A stretch of 32,000 nt of DNA. It comes from Halorhodospira halophila SL1. Lineage in GTDB: Bacteria; Pseudomonadota; Gammaproteobacteria; Nitrococcales; Halorhodospiraceae. The position numbers and the translations under genes were made by a program. Shown in pieces: positions 10,313-18,717 of the stretch (position 1 is its first letter; every line of letters begins with the position of its first letter). Where the stretch lies: NCBI RefSeq assembly GCF_000015585.1, contig NC_008789.1:30001-62000 (forward strand), given 5' to 3'. The notes under the pieces were generated by a model. It did no database searches. It saw only the letters and a program-made list of their open reading frames with translations, and was not told the origin of the DNA.

Positions 10313-11302
10313 CTAGCGCCGTCGCGTCTGCCTCGCGAACCGTTCCACGGTCTTGGCCGGGACATCGCCGATGGCGGTGACCTGATGGTCCTCCACGGGG
10401 CGCTCGTAGGCATGGAGGGCGCCGGCCCGCGCCTGGCCCTCGTTACCGCCCGGCTCTGGGGCGATATAGACGGAGACGGAGGCCAGGCCATCGCTAAACA
10501 GCAGGTGCTCGATGGGGTCCTGCCCCGGCTCGGGTGAGGGAATACGACCGTGTGCGATGCGTGAGAAACCCGCCGGTACATCGATCACTTCCCACTCCGG
10601 CTCGCCGCTGTCGTCGCTCTCCTCGGCCAGGCGCCGCTCGACCCGCCGCTGCGCCTCACCAACGGGCTCCAACTCTTCGGCGTCGATATCGTCACGAAGG
10701 GTGAAGCTCGTGAACAGCAGGCGTTCGATGACGCGGCGCCCGTCGAGCAACTGGGCATGAAGCGGTAGGCCGCTCTCCTCGTCGACCCACAGCCGGTGAC
10801 CGTAACGCAACTGATCCAGTGGTTCGACGGCGATGACCGTAGTCGGGCGGCCGGCGACCCGTCCCTCGCCTTGGAGCTGGATGCGGTAGAGGTCTTCGGA
10901 GATGCTGTCCGCCCGGGGCCACCCCTCGCCGAGGGAGGTGACCACGCCACTGCCACGCAGGCGATCGCCCTTAGCAATGGGGCCGGCAAGCAGGGCGCCC
11001 TCCGGGGTGCGGATCATCTCCCGATGGGAGCCGGTGAGCATCTCCAGCCGCTGATGGCGCCCCGAATCACCGGCTCTGTGCACGATGTGCACGGTCTCCA
11101 CCACCCCGGCCCGGGCGTAGACAAAGATCCCCTCATAGGAGTGCTGATCCAGGGCCTCGACCATCCGGTTGAGGGCCTCCCGGCCCTCTTCGCCCGCGCC
11201 CCGATCCGTACCCTCCGCCAGGGCCACCTGGCCGTTGGCGATCCAGAAAAGGCCGGCGCACAGGAGTGCGCGGAGGAACCACGCACGGTCAGGGATCCCC
11301 AT
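10313..11302 (-). CDS. rseB: Sigma-E regulatory protein RseB/MucB
   Basis: 329 aa with a signal peptide (LLCAGLFWIANGQVALAEG). ALNRMVEALDQHSYEGIFVYARAGVVETVHIVH is typical of the RseB/MucB N-domain. The start overlaps the rseA end by 14 nt. Confidence 0.85.
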   Translation of the reverse strand: MGIPDRAWFLRALLCAGLFWIANGQVALAEGTDRGAGEEGREALNRMVEALDQHSYEGIFVYARAGVVETVHIVHRAGDSGRHQRLEMLTGSHREMIRTPEGALLAGPIAKGDRLRGSGVVTSLGEGWPRADSISEDLYRIQLQGEGRVAGRPTTVIAVEPLDQLRYGHRLWVDEESGLPLHAQLLDGRRVIERLLFTSFTLRDDIDAEELEPVGEAQRRVERRLAEESDDSGEPEWEVIDVPAGFSRIAHGRIPSPEPGQDPIEHLLFSDGLASVSVYIAPEPGGNEGQARAGALHAYERPVEDHQVTAIGDVPAKTVERFARQTRRR

Positions 11303-11969
11303 GCTGCGGTACCCGTACCTGATGAAGCATGCTACCGGGATAATCGGACTCGGCCTGCTCGGCGTGATCGATCATGAAACGGTGCAGCCGCGAGGGCATG
11401 GCATCGGGCACCGGCTCCACAGCGGATTCGCCTGAGGTGCCGGCAGTAGCCCGATCGGTGCCCGGCCAGGGCAACCCGCCGCTGTCGCCCAGGGTCACCG
11501 GACGGACTGTCGTACCGCCCACGGCGCGCTCGCCCCCCGCCGGCGACTCAGCCACCTCGGTCGACGGCTCCCCGCCACCGGCCGTGGGCTCGGTCCCCGC
11601 CCCCGGGGGCGCACCGCCCTGCCACCAGAATACCGTCATCGCTGCGACACTGGCCGCGATCAGCCCGCCGAAGGCCGGTCGGCGCCAGTCTCTGGAAGCA
11701 GCTTGGCGCGCCGCGTCCCGGCGCGCGTCGTAGGCCGGCTCACTGGCCAACTCCGCGCGCACCCGCTCGACCAGATCGGTGCTCGGCTGAGGCGGAAGAT
11801 TGCGCTGCAACGCATCGCGCATCAGGAAGTAGCGGGCCAGCCGCCCACGGGCCTCGGCATCGTGGTCCAGGCGCCGCATCAGGAACGCCCGCTGCTCGCG
11901 CGGCAGCTCGTCATCGACCAGCGCGGAGAGCTGTTCGGCGAGTCGATCCCGATGTTGTTCTTCCGACAT
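11289..11969 (-). CDS. rseA: Anti-sigma-E factor RseA/MucA
   Basis: ORF 11289..12089 trimmed to ATG complement 11967-11969, with SD GGGGGA/AAGGG upstream. The N-terminus MSEEQHRDRLAEQLSALVDDELPREQRAFLMRRL is typical of the anti-sigma-E domain. There is a single TM segment (FGGLIAASVAAMTVFWW), and the gene lies between rpoE and rseB. Confidence 0.85.
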   Translation of the reverse strand: MSEEQHRDRLAEQLSALVDDELPREQRAFLMRRLDHDAEARGRLARYFLMRDALQRNLPPQPSTDLVERVRAELASEPAYDARRDAARQAASRDWRRPAFGGLIAASVAAMTVFWWQGGAPPGAGTEPTAGGGEPSTEVAESPAGGERAVGGTTVRPVTLGDSGGLPWPGTDRATAGTSGESAVEPVPDAMPSRLHRFMIDHAEQAESDYPGSMLHQVRVPQHGDP

Positions 11970-11998
11970 ACCCTTATCCCCCGAAAGCCACCATGCCC

Positions 11999-12583
11999 TT
12001 ATATCTCTTCGCCAGTCAGCGGCCGCAGTCGCTTGTCGATCGCCTCTCGGGCGCGGAAGATGCGCGAGCGAACCGTACCCACCGGGCACTCCATGACCTG
12101 AGCAATCTCCTGGTAACTCAGACCCTCGAGTTCGCGCAGCGTCACCGCAGTGCGCAGCTCCTCGGGCAGCTCGGCGATCGCCTCAACGACCGTCCGTTCA
12201 ACCTCGTCCCGATAGGCTTCGGCCTCCGGCGTATCCTGCTCGCGGAGCATGGTGTCGATGTCAAAACGCTCCGCATCCTGCGCGTCGACGTCCGAGTCCG
12301 GTGGCCGGCGCCCTTGCGCAACCAGGTGGTTCTTGGCCGTGTTAACCCCGATCCGGTAGAGCCAGGTGTAGAAGCTGCTCTCTCCCCGGAACCCGGGAAT
12401 CGCCCGGTAGGCCTTGATAAAGGCCTCCTGCGCCACATCCATTGCCTCCTGCGGATCGCGCACGTAACGCGAGATGAGCTTGACCAGCTTTTGCTGGTAG
12501 CGCAGCACGAGGATATCAAAGGCCTGTTTTTCACCGGCCTGTACGCGCTCCACGAGCTCGCGATCCGATTCCTCGGAGCTCAT
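11999..12583 (-). CDS. rpoE: ECF RNA polymerase sigma factor sigma-E (RpoE/AlgU)
   Basis: ORF 11999..12679 trimmed to ATG complement 12581-12583 (MSSEESDRELVERVQAGEKQAFDILVLRYQQKL), with SD GGAGGG upstream. Region 2 and region 4 (LEGLSYQEIAQVMECPVGTVRSRIFRAREAI) are present. Confidence 0.93.
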   Translation of the reverse strand: MSSEESDRELVERVQAGEKQAFDILVLRYQQKLVKLISRYVRDPQEAMDVAQEAFIKAYRAIPGFRGESSFYTWLYRIGVNTAKNHLVAQGRRPPDSDVDAQDAERFDIDTMLREQDTPEAEAYRDEVERTVVEAIAELPEELRTAVTLRELEGLSYQEIAQVMECPVGTVRSRIFRAREAIDKRLRPLTGEEI

Positions 12584-12627
12584 CGCCACCGGCGCCCTCC
12601 GATATCGGTGCGCCGGTACTTGCTGCT

Positions 12628-12654
12628 GTAGACACTCCGCTGGGGCGTGAGTTC
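12628..12654 (-). promoter_or_regulatory. Candidate sigma-E-dependent (autoregulated) promoter of rpoE
   Basis: The minus strand reads cGAACTC-N16-TCTACa, with the -35 at 12649-12654 and the -10 at 12628-12632. This resembles the recalled sigmaE/AlgU consensus GGAACTT-N16-TCnnA. The -10 lies about 45 nt upstream of the rpoE ATG. Confidence 0.4.
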
Positions 12655-12761
12655 GCGCACGGGTCCGAGAATCTGGCAATCGTGGGTGGGTGATTTGCCG
12701 CGGGTGGCGCGGCGTGCGAAGCTTTGCAGCCTATCCGATAGGCTGGCAAAAGCGCAACCAA

Positions 12762-14405
12762 ATGGCGGAACCAAGAACAGCTTACGACGTGGTGGTGATC
12801 GGCAGTGGGCTCGCCGGGCTGACCGTGGCGCTGCAACTCCCCGGCGATCTGAGAGTGGCCGTTCTCTCTAAGGGGACGCTGACCGAAGGCGCCACGCCCT
12901 ACGCGCAGGGTGGCGTGTCGGCGGCGCTGGATGCCGCGGACTCGGTCGATGCCCACGTCGCGGACACCCTGGAGGCGGGTGCCGCACTGAACGACCCGGA
13001 CGTCACCCGGTTCGTCGCCGAGCGCGCTCGCACCGCCATCGAATGGCTGGTCGACCAAGAGGTGCCGTTTTCGCGCATCACCCTCGGCGATGGCACCGCC
13101 GGCCTGCACCTCCACCAAGAGGGCGGGCACAGCCATCGGCGGGTTGTCCACGCCGACGATGCCACCGGCGCGGCGATCTCCCGGAGCCTGTCGGCGCTCG
13201 TGATCGAGCGGGGCAATATCGACTTACTAGAAGGTCGTTACGCGGTGGACCTGATCACCGGGGCCCGGCTCGGCGCAACGGACGACCGTTGCTACGGCGC
13301 CTACGTGTTTGACCAGGCCAGCGGCCGCGTAGAGCTGCTCAGCGCACCGTTTGTGGTGCTCGCCTGCGGCGGCGCGAGCAAGGTCTACCTCTACTCGACC
13401 AGCCCCTACGCCGCCACGGGCGACGGGATCGCCATGGCCTGGCGGGCCGGCTGCCGGGTGGGCAACCTGGAATTCAACCAGTTCCACCCCACCTGCCTGT
13501 ACCACCCGGACGAGCGGTCGTTCCTGATCAGCGAGGCGGTCCGCGGAGAGGGTGGCCATCTACTGCTGCCCAGCGGGGAGCGCTTCATGCACCGGTTCGA
13601 CGCGCGCGGCGAACTCGCCCCGCGCGATATTGTCGCCCGGGCCATCGACTACGAGATGAAACGCCTCGGCGCAGAATGCCTCTACCTGGATATCAGTCAC
13701 CAGCCGGATGCGCTGATCGAGGAGCACTTCCCGACCATCCTGCGGCGCTGTCAGGAGCTCGGCATCGATATGCGTCGCGAGCCGCTGCCGGTCGTACCGG
13801 CCGCCCACTACACCTGCGGCGGTGTCGTCGCCGATCGCCGCGGACGAACCGACGTACCCGGCCTCTACGCCGTCGGCGAGACGGCCTGCAGCGGGCTGCA
13901 CGGTGCCAATCGCCTGGCGAGCAACTCCCTGCTTGAGTGCCTGGTCTTCGGCGCCGAGGCAGCGCGCGATATTGCCGCCGAGGCGCAGCACGCGGTCTCG
14001 ATGCCGGAACTCCCGGCCTGGGATGAAAGCCGGGTCACTGACTCCGACGAGCAGGTGGTGGTCAGTCACAACTGGGCCGAACTCCGCCGCGCGATGTGGA
14101 ATTACGTCGGTATCGTGCGCAGCGACCGCAGGCTGGAACGGGCAGCACGGCGCATCGACCTGCTCTCCCGGGAGGTTCATGAGTACTACAGCCATTTCCG
14201 CATCAGCGGCGATCTGATTGAGTTGCGCAACCTCATCGAGGTCGCCAACCTGACGGTCCGATGTGCGGGGCGTCGCCGCGAGAGTCGCGGCCTCCACTTT
14301 ACCCTCGACTTCCCCGAGCGCGACGACGAACAGACCACGGCCACCATCCTGCGCCCGCCAAAGCCCCGCCCCTTCGGCCACCTGCGCTCCTGCCGCGAAG
14401 CCTAG
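12762..14405 (+). CDS. nadB: L-aspartate oxidase
   Basis: ORF 12690..14405 trimmed to ATG 12762 (MAEPRTAYDVVVIGSGLAGLTVAL, dinucleotide fold). It shows fumarate reductase/succinate dehydrogenase-family flavoprotein motifs (HYTCGGV, GETACSGLHGANRLASNSLLE). It is divergent from rpoE, as in E. coli. Confidence 0.92.
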   Translation: MAEPRTAYDVVVIGSGLAGLTVALQLPGDLRVAVLSKGTLTEGATPYAQGGVSAALDAADSVDAHVADTLEAGAALNDPDVTRFVAERARTAIEWLVDQEVPFSRITLGDGTAGLHLHQEGGHSHRRVVHADDATGAAISRSLSALVIERGNIDLLEGRYAVDLITGARLGATDDRCYGAYVFDQASGRVELLSAPFVVLACGGASKVYLYSTSPYAATGDGIAMAWRAGCRVGNLEFNQFHPTCLYHPDERSFLISEAVRGEGGHLLLPSGERFMHRFDARGELAPRDIVARAIDYEMKRLGAECLYLDISHQPDALIEEHFPTILRRCQELGIDMRREPLPVVPAAHYTCGGVVADRRGRTDVPGLYAVGETACSGLHGANRLASNSLLECLVFGAEAARDIAAEAQHAVSMPELPAWDESRVTDSDEQVVVSHNWAELRRAMWNYVGIVRSDRRLERAARRIDLLSREVHEYYSHFRISGDLIELRNLIEVANLTVRCAGRRRESRGLHFTLDFPERDDEQTTATILRPPKPRPFGHLRSCREA

Positions 14406-14841
14406 TGCGCACCGCGGGCTCACCGGGCAGCGAGCGCGTCCAGACCCGCAGGCGCCGGTGGTGCTCCGCGCCGAGCTGACCACGGGGAATAAACAGGTCG
14501 TAACGGCAGCCGTCCACCGTTCGAACGCTCAGCGCCACCAGCCAGGGGTGAGTAAAACGCGTGAGCACCCGGGCCCCCAGCCGGCGCCCGTCCCGGTACT
14601 GGAGGTGGATGCGACCGTCAGTCTGAAGGTGGCACCGGCGCAGCCGTTGCAGACGACTCTGGCTTCGCCGGGCAACGACCAGCGCCCCCACTAGGCTCCC
14701 AGCCCATAGCAGGAACAGTGGCAGCGGCAGGGCGCGGTCGGCCAGCAGGATCACCGTCCCGCAGGCCGTGACCGCCAATGCCGCCAGCCATGCGCCGCTA
14801 ACGCGGGGGCGAAAACTCAGTGGTTCGGATAAGTTCGACAA
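14299..14841 (-). CDS. ygfX: YgfX/CptA-like inner-membrane protein, with an atypical C-terminal tail
   Basis: It lies immediately downstream of sdhE. FRPRVSGAWLAALAVTACGTVILL...LFLLWAGSLVGALVVARRSQ (two TM segments)...GRIHLQYRDG...PWLVALSVR...EHHRRLRVW parallels E. coli YgfX (DLRVSWRAQWLSLLIHGLVAAVILL...EAEWRDLRRIL) as I recall it. The start is uncertain. No ATG is available; TTG at 14839-14841 is chosen and TTG 14880 is the track start. The frame has no stop until 14299. Confidence 0.55.
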   Translation of the reverse strand: MSNLSEPLSFRPRVSGAWLAALAVTACGTVILLADRALPLPLFLLWAGSLVGALVVARRSQSRLQRLRRCHLQTDGRIHLQYRDGRRLGARVLTRFTHPWLVALSVRTVDGCRYDLFIPRGQLGAEHHRRLRVWTRSLPGEPAVRTRLRGRSAGGRRGGALAGAGWWPWSVRRRARGSRG

Positions 14842-15058
14842 TCCGGTGCAGTTCCCCGTCCGTGGGCGATTGCCCGGCAATCAACCAGTCCTGCAGGAAG
14901 TGGTCCTCGAGCCCGAGCAGCCGCTCGAACGCGGCCTGGTCGTGGCTATCGAGCTGCGCGAACCGGTCTTCCAGAAAGCGCTCCAGGAGCAGATCCAGCT
15001 CCTTGGTGCCACGGCGGCAGCGCCAACGCAGCCGCTTGCGTACCGCCGCGGTGTCCAT
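14798..15058 (-). CDS. sdhE: FAD assembly factor SdhE (flavinylation factor of SdhA; CptB)
   Basis: ORF 14798..15178 trimmed to ATG complement 15056-15058. MDTAAVRKRLRWRCRRGTKELDLLLERFLE...D matches the SdhE/DUF339 signature RxxWxxRRGxxELD. The product is 86 aa, and the gene lies 17 nt downstream of sdhB. Confidence 0.88.
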   Translation of the reverse strand: MDTAAVRKRLRWRCRRGTKELDLLLERFLEDRFAQLDSHDQAAFERLLGLEDHFLQDWLIAGQSPTDGELHRIVELIRTTEFSPPR

Positions 15059-15075
15059 GGCTTGATCCGACGCCC

Positions 15076-15864
15076 TCACGTCTCCCGCTCGGCGATCAGC
15101 CGTTTGATGGCACCGATCGCCTTGCCCGGATTCAGGCCCTTCGGGCACGTCGCGGTGCAGTTCATGATGGTATGGCATCGATAGAGCTTGAACGAGTCGT
15201 CGAGCTCATCGAGACGCTTGCCGGTTGCCTCGTCGCGGCTATCGGCGATCCACCGATAGGCCTGCAACAGGGCCGCAGGACCGAGGTAGCGGTCACCGTT
15301 CCACCAGTAACTTGGGCAGGAGGTCGAACAGCAAGCACACAGGATGCACTCGTAGAGCCCGTCGAGGGCCTCACGCTCCTCCTTGGACTGCAGCCGCTCC
15401 TTGTCCGGCGGCGTCGGCGTCTCGGTCTTGATCCACGGCTCCAGCGAGGCGTACTGCGCGTAGAAGTGATTCATGTCGGGGACCAGATCCTTGACCACAT
15501 CCATGTGCGGCAGGGGATAGACCTTCACATCGCCCTTGATCTCGTCCATGCCCTTGGTGCAGGCGAGGGTATTGGTCCCGTCAATGTTCATGGCGCAGGA
15601 GCCGCAGATTCCCTCCCGGCACGAACGCCGGAAGGTCAGCGTCGGGTCGACCTCATCCTTGATCTTGATCAGGGCGTCGAGGACCATCGGACCGGCGCTG
15701 TCGGCATCGATCTCGTAGGTGTCCATACGCGGGGTCGCACCGCCCTCCGGGTCGTAACGATAGACCCGGATGCGCCGGATATTTTCGCTCTTCTCCGCGT
15801 CGGGGGCACGGTAGGTGTAGCCCTTGCGGATGCGGGAGTTGGCGGGAAGCCTGAACTCTGCCAT
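15076..15864 (-). CDS. sdhB: Succinate dehydrogenase iron-sulfur subunit
   Basis: 262 aa with three cluster motifs: [11 protein letters not shown] (2Fe-2S), [12 protein letters not shown] (4Fe-4S) and [12 protein letters not shown] (3Fe-4S). Confidence 0.95.
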   Translation of the reverse strand: MAEFRLPANSRIRKGYTYRAPDAEKSENIRRIRVYRYDPEGGATPRMDTYEIDADSAGPMVLDALIKIKDEVDPTLTFRRSCREGICGSCAMNIDGTNTLACTKGMDEIKGDVKVYPLPHMDVVKDLVPDMNHFYAQYASLEPWIKTETPTPPDKERLQSKEEREALDGLYECILCACCSTSCPSYWWNGDRYLGPAALLQAYRWIADSRDEATGKRLDELDDSFKLYRCHTIMNCTATCPKGLNPGKAIGAIKRLIAERET

Positions 15865-15883
15865 ATCTGTCTCCCTGGATTCT

Positions 15884-17674
15884 TTAGTACACCCGGGCCT
15901 TGGGAGGGATCGCCTCCACGTCGTCGCTCAGGGTATGGAGGTGGACGGGGCGATAGGCGATATCCACGGAGCCGTCGCTGCGCAGCGTCGACAGCGTGTG
16001 CTTGAGCCAGTTCTCGTCATCGCGCTCGGCGTAATCCTCGCGGGCGTGGGCCCCGCGACTTTCGAGCCGGTTGCGCGCTGAGTGAATCGTGGTCACGGCA
16101 CTACCCAGGAGATTCTCCAGCTCCAGCGTCTCGATCAGGTCCGAGTTCCAGATCAGCGACCGGTCGGTCACCCCGACATCGGCGAAGCCACGGAAGACAT
16201 CGTCCATCCGGTTGCAGCCCTGCTCCAACACATCCCCGGTACGGAAGACCGCGGCGTAGTTCTGCATGGTGTTCTGCATCTCTCTGCGCAGCTGCGCTGT
16301 CGGCTTGCTGCCGTTGGCGCGGCGCAGCCGGTCCAGTCGCTGCAGAGCCAGATCCGCGGCGCCGGCGGGCAGCGGCGCATGGGGCTTGCCGCGGCCACCG
16401 ATGACCTCAGCCGCTCGGTGGGCGGCCGCACGGCCAAACACCACCAGATCGAGCAGCGAATTCGAACCCAGGCGATTGGCGCCGTGCACCGAGACGCAGG
16501 CGGCCTCTCCGATCGCCATCAGTCCCGGAACCACGGCGTCGGGATCGCCGTCCTTGAGGTGCACCACCTCGCCCATGTGATTGGTGGGGATCCCGCCCAT
16601 GTTGTAGTGGACGGTGGGCAGAACCGGGATCGGCTCCTTGGTGACATCCACGCCGGCAAAGATCTGTGCCGACTCGGCAATCCCCGGCAGTCGCTCGTGG
16701 ATGACCTCCGGGCCGAGGTGCTCCAGGTGCAGGTGGATGTGATCGCCGTGCTCGCCGACCCCCCGCCCCTCACGGATCTCGATGGTCATCGACCGCGATA
16801 CCACGTCCCGCGAGGCCAGGTCCTTAGCATTGGGGGCGTACCGCTCCATGAAGCGCTCGCCCTGGGCGTTGGTGAGATACCCGCCCTCGCCTCGCACCCC
16901 CTCGGTAATCAGGCAGCCCGCGCCGTAGATGCCGGTGGGGTGGAACTGGACGAACTCCATATCCTGCAACGGCAGACCGGCCCGCAACACCATGCCGTTA
17001 CCGTCGCCCGTACAGGTGTGCGCCGAGGTGCAGGAGAAGTAGCTACGGCCATAACCGCCGGTGGCCAGTACGACCTGGTGGGCCCGGAAGATGTGGACCG
17101 TACCGGTCTCCATATCGAGCGTCACCACACCCCGACAGACCCCATCGTCCATCATCAGGTCGATGGCGAAGTGCTCGATGTAGAACTCCGCCTTGTGCTT
17201 GAGCGCCTGCTGATACAGCGTGTGCAGGATCGCGTGCCCGGTCCGGTCAGCAGCGGCGCAGGTCCGCTGGGCCGTCCCCTCCCCGAAGTGGGTGGTCATG
17301 CCGCCAAACGGGCGCTGGTAGATCTTGCCGTCTTCAGTGCGCGAGAAGGGCACGCCGTAGTGCTCCAGCTCGACGATGGCCGGCACTGCCTCGCGGCACA
17401 TGTACTCGATGGCGTCCTGATCCCCGAGCCAGTCCGAGCCCTTGATGGTGTCGTACATGTGCCAGCGCCAGTCGTCCTCACCCATGTTGCCGAGCGCCGC
17501 GGAGACACCACCCTGGGCAGCCACGGTATGGCTGCGCGTAGGGAATACCTTGGTAACGCAGGCGGTATTCAGCCCCTGTTCCGCCATGCCGAAGGTCGCC
17601 CGTAGGCCGGCGCCACCGGCACCGACAACAACGACATCGTACTGGTGCTCGACCGTTTTGATCGGTTCTGTCAT
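15884..17674 (-). CDS. sdhA: Succinate dehydrogenase flavoprotein subunit
   Basis: 596 aa with [15 protein letters not shown], the covalent-FAD His context [14 protein letters not shown], and [21 protein letters not shown]. Confidence 0.95.
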   Translation of the reverse strand: MTEPIKTVEHQYDVVVVGAGGAGLRATFGMAEQGLNTACVTKVFPTRSHTVAAQGGVSAALGNMGEDDWRWHMYDTIKGSDWLGDQDAIEYMCREAVPAIVELEHYGVPFSRTEDGKIYQRPFGGMTTHFGEGTAQRTCAAADRTGHAILHTLYQQALKHKAEFYIEHFAIDLMMDDGVCRGVVTLDMETGTVHIFRAHQVVLATGGYGRSYFSCTSAHTCTGDGNGMVLRAGLPLQDMEFVQFHPTGIYGAGCLITEGVRGEGGYLTNAQGERFMERYAPNAKDLASRDVVSRSMTIEIREGRGVGEHGDHIHLHLEHLGPEVIHERLPGIAESAQIFAGVDVTKEPIPVLPTVHYNMGGIPTNHMGEVVHLKDGDPDAVVPGLMAIGEAACVSVHGANRLGSNSLLDLVVFGRAAAHRAAEVIGGRGKPHAPLPAGAADLALQRLDRLRRANGSKPTAQLRREMQNTMQNYAAVFRTGDVLEQGCNRMDDVFRGFADVGVTDRSLIWNSDLIETLELENLLGSAVTTIHSARNRLESRGAHAREDYAERDDENWLKHTLSTLRSDGSVDIAYRPVHLHTLSDDVEAIPPKARVY

Positions 17675-17681
17675 CTGCGCC

Positions 17682-18065
17682 TTAGCCCCCCAGAACGATT
17701 TGGATGACCGCCAGGATCCCGGCGACGGCCACCAGGAAACACGCGAAGTAAACAGCGAGGTTGCCGAACCACTTCAGCCCCTCCAGGTGCACGTAGTCTT
17801 CGATGACCACCTGGACCCCGAGCGCCCCGTGATAGAAGAGCATGATGATGGCCGCGATGAGCAGCGTGGCGTTGAACGGGTTCGCCACCCATGCCCGGGC
17901 CGCCTCGAAGTCGGCACCCGCCTGCAGGGCCAGTCCGATCCCCAGCCACATCATCAGCGGGACCAGCACCAGCGCCGTAAGGCGTTGGTGCCACCAGTGG
18001 TGGAAGCCGTTCTTAGCCGAACCGAGGCCGCGGGCCCGGGAGACGGCGGTCTCGTACCTGCGCAT
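17682..18065 (-). CDS. sdhD: Succinate dehydrogenase membrane anchor subunit
   Basis: ORF 17682..18212 trimmed to ATG complement 18063-18065 ([32 protein letters not shown]...). It has three hydrophobic segments, and the ATG lies 2 nt after the sdhC stop. Confidence 0.85.
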   Translation of the reverse strand: MRRYETAVSRARGLGSAKNGFHHWWHQRLTALVLVPLMMWLGIGLALQAGADFEAARAWVANPFNATLLIAAIIMLFYHGALGVQVVIEDYVHLEGLKWFGNLAVYFACFLVAVAGILAVIQIVLGG

Positions 18066-18067
18066 GA

Positions 18068-18457
18068 TCAAAACTCCCCTGCGTAAGCGATCACCCACAC
18101 CAGAGCGGTCAACAGGACACTCGCAGCGAGCACCATGTAGCCGCCGCGATAGACCGCCTTGAGCTCGAAGGCGCGTACGGTGTCCCAGACTAGGTGCCGA
18201 ATCCCGTTGCACAGGTGGTAGGCCAGGCTGAACGTGATCCCCAGCAGCACCAACTGCCCCAACCAGTGCCCCAGCACCTGGGTCAGTAGCTCGTAGTACT
18301 CGGGGCCGGCGGCCAGGGCCATCACCCAGGCGACGAGCAGAACCGCCGCCATGGTGACGAACACCCCGGTGCCCCGGTGCAGCACGGAGAGCAGCGAGGT
18401 CAATTGCGGCCGGTAGATGGTCAGGTGCGGAGAGAGCGGACGATTCGGATTTCTCAT
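18068..18457 (-). CDS. sdhC: Succinate dehydrogenase cytochrome b556 subunit
   Basis: 129 aa. MRNPNRPLSPHLTIYRPQLTSLLSVLHRGTG is the canonical SdhC N-terminus. It has three TM segments and is the first gene of the operon. Confidence 0.9.
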   Translation of the reverse strand: MRNPNRPLSPHLTIYRPQLTSLLSVLHRGTGVFVTMAAVLLVAWVMALAAGPEYYELLTQVLGHWLGQLVLLGITFSLAYHLCNGIRHLVWDTVRAFELKAVYRGGYMVLAASVLLTALVWVIAYAGEF

Positions 18458-18717
18458 GGATGTTTAGCTCCGCTGAGCCGAGTCAGAACCTGCGGCGCAC
18501 GATAAGAATGAAGAAGCGGGATGATAAGCTATATTGCGGATAACCGTAATGCAAGCATTAACAAGAAGAAATGCTGACGCCAGCAGAAGATTAACGATCC
18601 CGCGCCGTTGGCGAGTGATGCCCTGCAGCGAGGATCACCCACAATGACTACGATGTCAGTATACGTGTTCCGCCCCTAGAGTGGCACGGGAAGAGAAACA
18701 AGCCCCGAGGAGGCCCA
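18458..18717. promoter_or_regulatory. Divergent control region between sdhC and ygfZ
   Basis: This is the only clearly AT-richer stretch of the window, 260 bp with no plausible ORF. It contains a 14-bp palindrome TAATGC-AA-GCATTA (18547-18560) and three GATAA(G/C) motifs (about 18501, 18524 and 18539). The ygfZ SD GAGGAGG lies at 18706-18712. The promoters themselves were not identified. Confidence 0.5.

Noticed and set aside
558-18212. N-terminal extensions in the ORF track for rlmD, era, lepA, rseA, rpoE, nadB, sdhE, sdhD (and ahcY at 22409)
   Set aside because: The extensions overlap upstream genes or a terminator and are Arg/Pro/Cys-rich. In every case an internal ATG with an SD aligns with the conserved family N-terminus. 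The track also renders GTG and TTG starts as M; for example, 14880 and 27167 are TTG and 4546 is GTG.
18508-18700. Tiny ORFs of 7-11 codons on the plus strand of the sdhC-ygfZ spacer (e.g. ATG 18508 MKKRDDKLYCG)
   Set aside because: None has a Shine-Dalgarno sequence. Their lengths are within chance expectation for AT-richer DNA, and nothing suggests leader-peptide logic.
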